Shown here piece after piece: positions 60,919 to 64,000 of a stretch of DNA of 64,000 bases. The stretch lies in assembly GCA_963816185.1 (NCBI GenBank), contig CAWFJJ010000001.1:32001-96000 (forward strand), read 5' to 3'. Below the pieces are notes generated by a model. It made no database searches. It saw only the letters and a program-made list of their open reading frames with translations, and had not been told where the DNA came from. Positions within the stretch are counted from its first letter, which is position 1; the number at the start of each line of letters is the position of its first letter. This stretch comes from Thermoanaerobaculia bacterium (GTDB lineage: Bacteria; Acidobacteriota; Thermoanaerobaculia; UBA5066). The position numbers and the translations under genes were made by a program.

Positions 60919-62142
60919 ATGAACTCACGCGTCACGCTTCCTGTCATCGCCCTGCTCGTCGGCTTCATCGGGTGCGAGGTGTCATCTCCCGCAGCGGGAC
61001 AGCCCGCCGCTGCGAAGCCCGCCGCTTCCGCGTCCCCCGCCGCATCCGCGCCCGCCCGCCCCTCCCCGAACGACGCCCTCCTCGAATGGGTCGAGGCGTT
61101 TTTCGCATGGGGCGAAGGGAAGGTCACGCTCGAACCGATCTCGCAGGTCGTCTTCAGCGGAGGCGAGCGTCTCATCGTCGCCAAGAAGACCTTCACGGCC
61201 GACGCACGCATGAACGACCAGGTTTATCTCGTCGTGGAAGGCGGCGCGAAGACCGTCCTCGTCGGCGACGTCATCTACGACGAGGAGCGCGCGAAGAAGC
61301 CGGCTCCGGTCCGCACGGAGGCCGATCTCGACGGCCTGCGCCTCCGGCTCAAGCAATATCTCATCGGAGCGTTCTCGCTGGTTCTCGACCCGGCGAACGA
61401 CCGCAAGGGCTGGAAGGCCGTGATCGTGAAGACCGACACCGGATACGGGAGCTACCCGATGGCCGGCTGGGTGAAGGCGGATGACGGAACGCTCCTCGTC
61501 CTGGGCCGGTGGTGGGACCGCACGCGCTCCGTCGCCCAGCAGCGAAAGGAGTACATCAAGCTCGCCGGAACGCCCGCGACGGGGCCTGTCGACGCGCGCG
61601 TCACCGTCATCGAGTACTCCGATATGCAATGCGCCTTCTGCAAGAAGCGGACGCTCGACTTCGAGAATCTCGTCGCGAAGCTGGGTAAGGAGCTCAAGAT
61701 CCGGCGCTACATCAAGTCGTTCCCGCTCACGGGCGCACACCCGTGGGCGTTCCGGGCCTCCTCGGCGGGCCGCTGCTTCTTCGAAAGCCCGGGCGGAACA
61801 GACCTCTTCTTTCGCTGGAAGTCGAACGTCTACGCGAAGCAGGAAGAGCTTTCCGTGCCGCAGGTCGATGCCTTCGCGCTCGATTTCGCGGTCGCGAACG
61901 ACCTCGACGAGAAGGCGTTTCGCGCGTGCTACCTCCAGGCGAAGGCGACGGAAAAGATCCATGCCGACCTGGCCGAAGGCTGGGCCATGCGCGTGCGCTC
62001 GACGCCGACGTATTTCATCGACGGCGTGTACGTCTCCTGGTTCGCCGACAACACCATGGAGGAGTTCCTGAGGAAGACGTATCTCGGAGGCAGAGGTCTT
62101 CCTCTCCCGACGCCGATCGCCAAGACGCCGCCGGCGCACTAA
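60919..62142 (+). CDS. DsbA-family thioredoxin-fold lipoprotein
   Basis: Lipobox FIGC; EYSDMQCAFC, FPL...HPWA and STPTYFIDG. Confidence 0.8.
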   Translation: MNSRVTLPVIALLVGFIGCEVSSPAAGQPAAAKPAASASPAASAPARPSPNDALLEWVEAFFAWGEGKVTLEPISQVVFSGGERLIVAKKTFTADARMNDQVYLVVEGGAKTVLVGDVIYDEERAKKPAPVRTEADLDGLRLRLKQYLIGAFSLVLDPANDRKGWKAVIVKTDTGYGSYPMAGWVKADDGTLLVLGRWWDRTRSVAQQRKEYIKLAGTPATGPVDARVTVIEYSDMQCAFCKKRTLDFENLVAKLGKELKIRRYIKSFPLTGAHPWAFRASSAGRCFFESPGGTDLFFRWKSNVYAKQEELSVPQVDAFALDFAVANDLDEKAFRACYLQAKATEKIHADLAEGWAMRVRSTPTYFIDGVYVSWFADNTMEEFLRKTYLGGRGLPLPTPIAKTPPAH

Positions 62143-64000
62143 TTCTTGAAGGGCACCTGAACGACGATCCAGGTCTTGACCTTGTGGCCATCCTTCGTGG
62201 CGGGCTTCCACCGCCATCTCTCGAGGGCGGACTTGCTCGCGGCGCCGAGACCCACCTTCGGCACCGTGTCGCGCAGAATCTCCACCTTGGCGGGCTCCCC
62301 GTTCTCGTCCACGAGGACGCGCAGGAGGACGGTTCCCGAGATGTGACTCTGGACCGCGAGGCTTGTGGGGTGCGGGCTGACCTGTCGCACGGGCGCGGGC
62401 GGCGTATCGGTCTGGTCGGACTCCACGAGATCGCCTTCCTTCACGGCAGGCGGCGCCGCGGCCGCGGCCGCCGCCGCCTGCTTCGCCTCCGACTTGCGGC
62501 GCGCGACGGCTTCGCGCGCGAGGCGCGCCGCTTCGTCGCGGTCCGCTTTCTCGCGCAGGGCACGGGCGGAATCCTCGCTGTCCTTTGACTGGCTGGCCTC
62601 ATTGGAAGTCTTGTCGATCTCGGCGCGGCGCTTCTTCGCGGCGGCTTCCTGATCGCGCGCGGCCTTCGCTTCGCGTTTCTTGAGCTCCTCCTGGAGTTTC
62701 TTTTCGACGGCGGCCACGAACAGCGGATCCTCCTTCCCGACGACGACGGGAGCCGGCGTCGGGATCGGCGTGGGCGGCGCAAGGGTGGGCGCGGGCGCCG
62801 GCGTCGGCACCGGAAGGGGGGGCGGAGCCGAGGGCCTGAGCGCGAAGAAGGCCCCTGCCGCAAGGAGCAGGACGGCTCCGCCGGCGACGGCCCAGGGCGG
62901 CACGCCGCCGAGAGGTTTTTTCGGCGCGGGACCCGCGACGGCCCTGAGCGGGACGGGTCCCGAGCGCGGTGTGCGCTCCGGAGGTCGGGCGGGCGGCACG
63001 GGCATGCGTCGCGAGCCGGTGGAGGACTCGAGCCGGCGCGAGCCGCTCCCCTCCACGGGACGGCGGAGGGGCTCGACGGGGGGAGCCGGTGAGGGAACAG
63101 AAGGAACGGCGAGCGTCTTCGGGTCGATCTCTTCCTCGGCGGCCATCTCGATCTTTTCGCGCTGGATCGTCTTGTCGAAGTGCTTCTGCAGGAAGAAGGC
63201 GAGGTTGAACGTCGACGGCGCGTACGGGCCGCCGTAAAGAAGCGACGAGAGATCCTTTCTAAACGACGAGATCTGGCGATCCCGCATGCGCGGGTCCGGA
63301 TGCAGCGCGCGCCGAAGGAGGCGGCGGATGTCCTCGGGAACGGGTGTGCCGTCCACGGCGAGGTTCGCGCCCTCGACGGATTCCAGCGCCACACCCGGCG
63401 GCGGCGCTCGTCCCGTGAGCGCCTCGTAGAGAATTGCGCCCACCGAATAAAGGTCTCCCGACGTCGATGGTTTTCCCTCGGCGAGGACTTCCGGGGCGAC
63501 GTAGGGCCCGAACGTCTGCCTGGTGCGTGCGTTCTTGAGGGCCGGCAGAAGGCCCGCGCCCAGGCCGTGACCGAAGACGCGCGCTTCTCCCTCGTTCGAG
63601 ATGCAGACGAAGGGAGGCACGAGAAAGCCGTGCGCCGCGCCGGTAAACTGCTCGATGGGCGCTCCGGCCTCGAGTGCGGCAAGCAGCCTCTCGGCGATGA
63701 GGAGGCCGTGCTCGACCGGCAGAGGCGACCCGAGGAGGCGCGCGGCGAAGAGGTGGTCGAGCGTGCGTCCCTCGACGTACAGGGTGCCCAGGAACGGAAT
63801 ATCGTCGATGGCGCCCATCACCGTCCCGCGCGCGACTGTGGGGCCCTGGACGTCGTCCACGAGGTTCACGGCCGTTTCCATGGCGGCCAGGAGCGCGGAT
63901 CGATCGATCACGGCCGACGTGAACGTGCGCACGAGGAGGAACGGCTTGAGCCGGGGCGCCCCCGCGGTTCCGGCCCGCCAGGCTTCACCCAGGGAGTCCG
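62139..64000 (-). CDS. Pseudokinase - Pro-rich linker - TM - TonB C-terminal domain fusion (5' partial)
   Basis: Kinase C-lobe motifs YVAPE, GDLYSVGAILYEALTG; TM WAVAGGAVLLLAAGAFFAL; TonB_C GTVLLRVLVDENG...WRWKPATKDG..V...F. The frame stays open to the window edge. Confidence 0.8.
   Translation of the reverse strand, partial: DSLGEAWRAGTAGAPRLKPFLLVRTFTSAVIDRSALLAAMETAVNLVDDVQGPTVARGTVMGAIDDIPFLGTLYVEGRTLDHLFAARLLGSPLPVEHGLLIAERLLAALEAGAPIEQFTGAAHGFLVPPFVCISNEGEARVFGHGLGAGLLPALKNARTRQTFGPYVAPEVLAEGKPSTSGDLYSVGAILYEALTGRAPPPGVALESVEGANLAVDGTPVPEDIRRLLRRALHPDPRMRDRQISSFRKDLSSLLYGGPYAPSTFNLAFFLQKHFDKTIQREKIEMAAEEEIDPKTLAVPSVPSPAPPVEPLRRPVEGSGSRRLESSTGSRRMPVPPARPPERTPRSGPVPLRAVAGPAPKKPLGGVPPWAVAGGAVLLLAAGAFFALRPSAPPPLPVPTPAPAPTLAPPTPIPTPAPVVVGKEDPLFVAAVEKKLQEELKKREAKAARDQEAAAKKRRAEIDKTSNEASQSKDSEDSARALREKADRDEAARLAREAVARRKSEAKQAAAAAAAAPPAVKEGDLVESDQTDTPPAPVRQVSPHPTSLAVQSHISGTVLLRVLVDENGEPAKVEILRDTVPKVGLGAASKSALERWRWKPATKDGHKVKTWIVVQVPFKN

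Overview
High-GC bacterial chromosomal segment. The gene content (Oar-like TonB-dependent receptor, MXAN_5187-like protein, many sigma54 systems, Pro/Thr-rich exported proteins) suggests Acidobacteriota, possibly Thermoanaerobaculia; this is an inference. No rRNA, tRNA, CRISPR array, transposase or integrase was recognised. From left to right: the 3' end of a MamK-like actin coupled to a Pro-rich TM-SPOR protein; a glycosyltransferase remnant and a VapBC pair; korAB; VIT1 and SDR; Rieske oxygenase, APC permease and MFS; a membrane diguanylate cyclase; RluA; a TBDR; a Ser/Thr kinase and GNAT; glnK-amtB; malQ. A large type IV filament region (about 24-51 kb) follows. It holds two GspG-like pilins, YfhO-pilD-sensor kinase, PilT plus a HEAT-repeat-PilT fusion, a fimU/pilV/pilW/pilX/pilY1 operon, a second PilW-like gene and a sigma54 activator, and it is interrupted by a signal-peptide rubrerythrin/DUF2231/two-component cassette. 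The window ends with selA, TldD/TldE, an acyl-CoA carboxylase operon, a DsbA-like lipoprotein and a pseudokinase-TonB fusion. The best candidates for undescribed biology are: (1) the remodelled pilus system, with a PilY1 carrying a ~440-aa Cys-bracketed Thr-Pro loop inside its vWA domain, a HEAT-PilT and a PilD with a PAS-like insert; (2) the MamK-like actin plus SPOR anchor; (3) an exported rubrerythrin with a putative membrane redox partner. At least five genes carry apparent single-base frameshifts, probably assembly errors. All family calls come from motif recognition by eye, not database searches.
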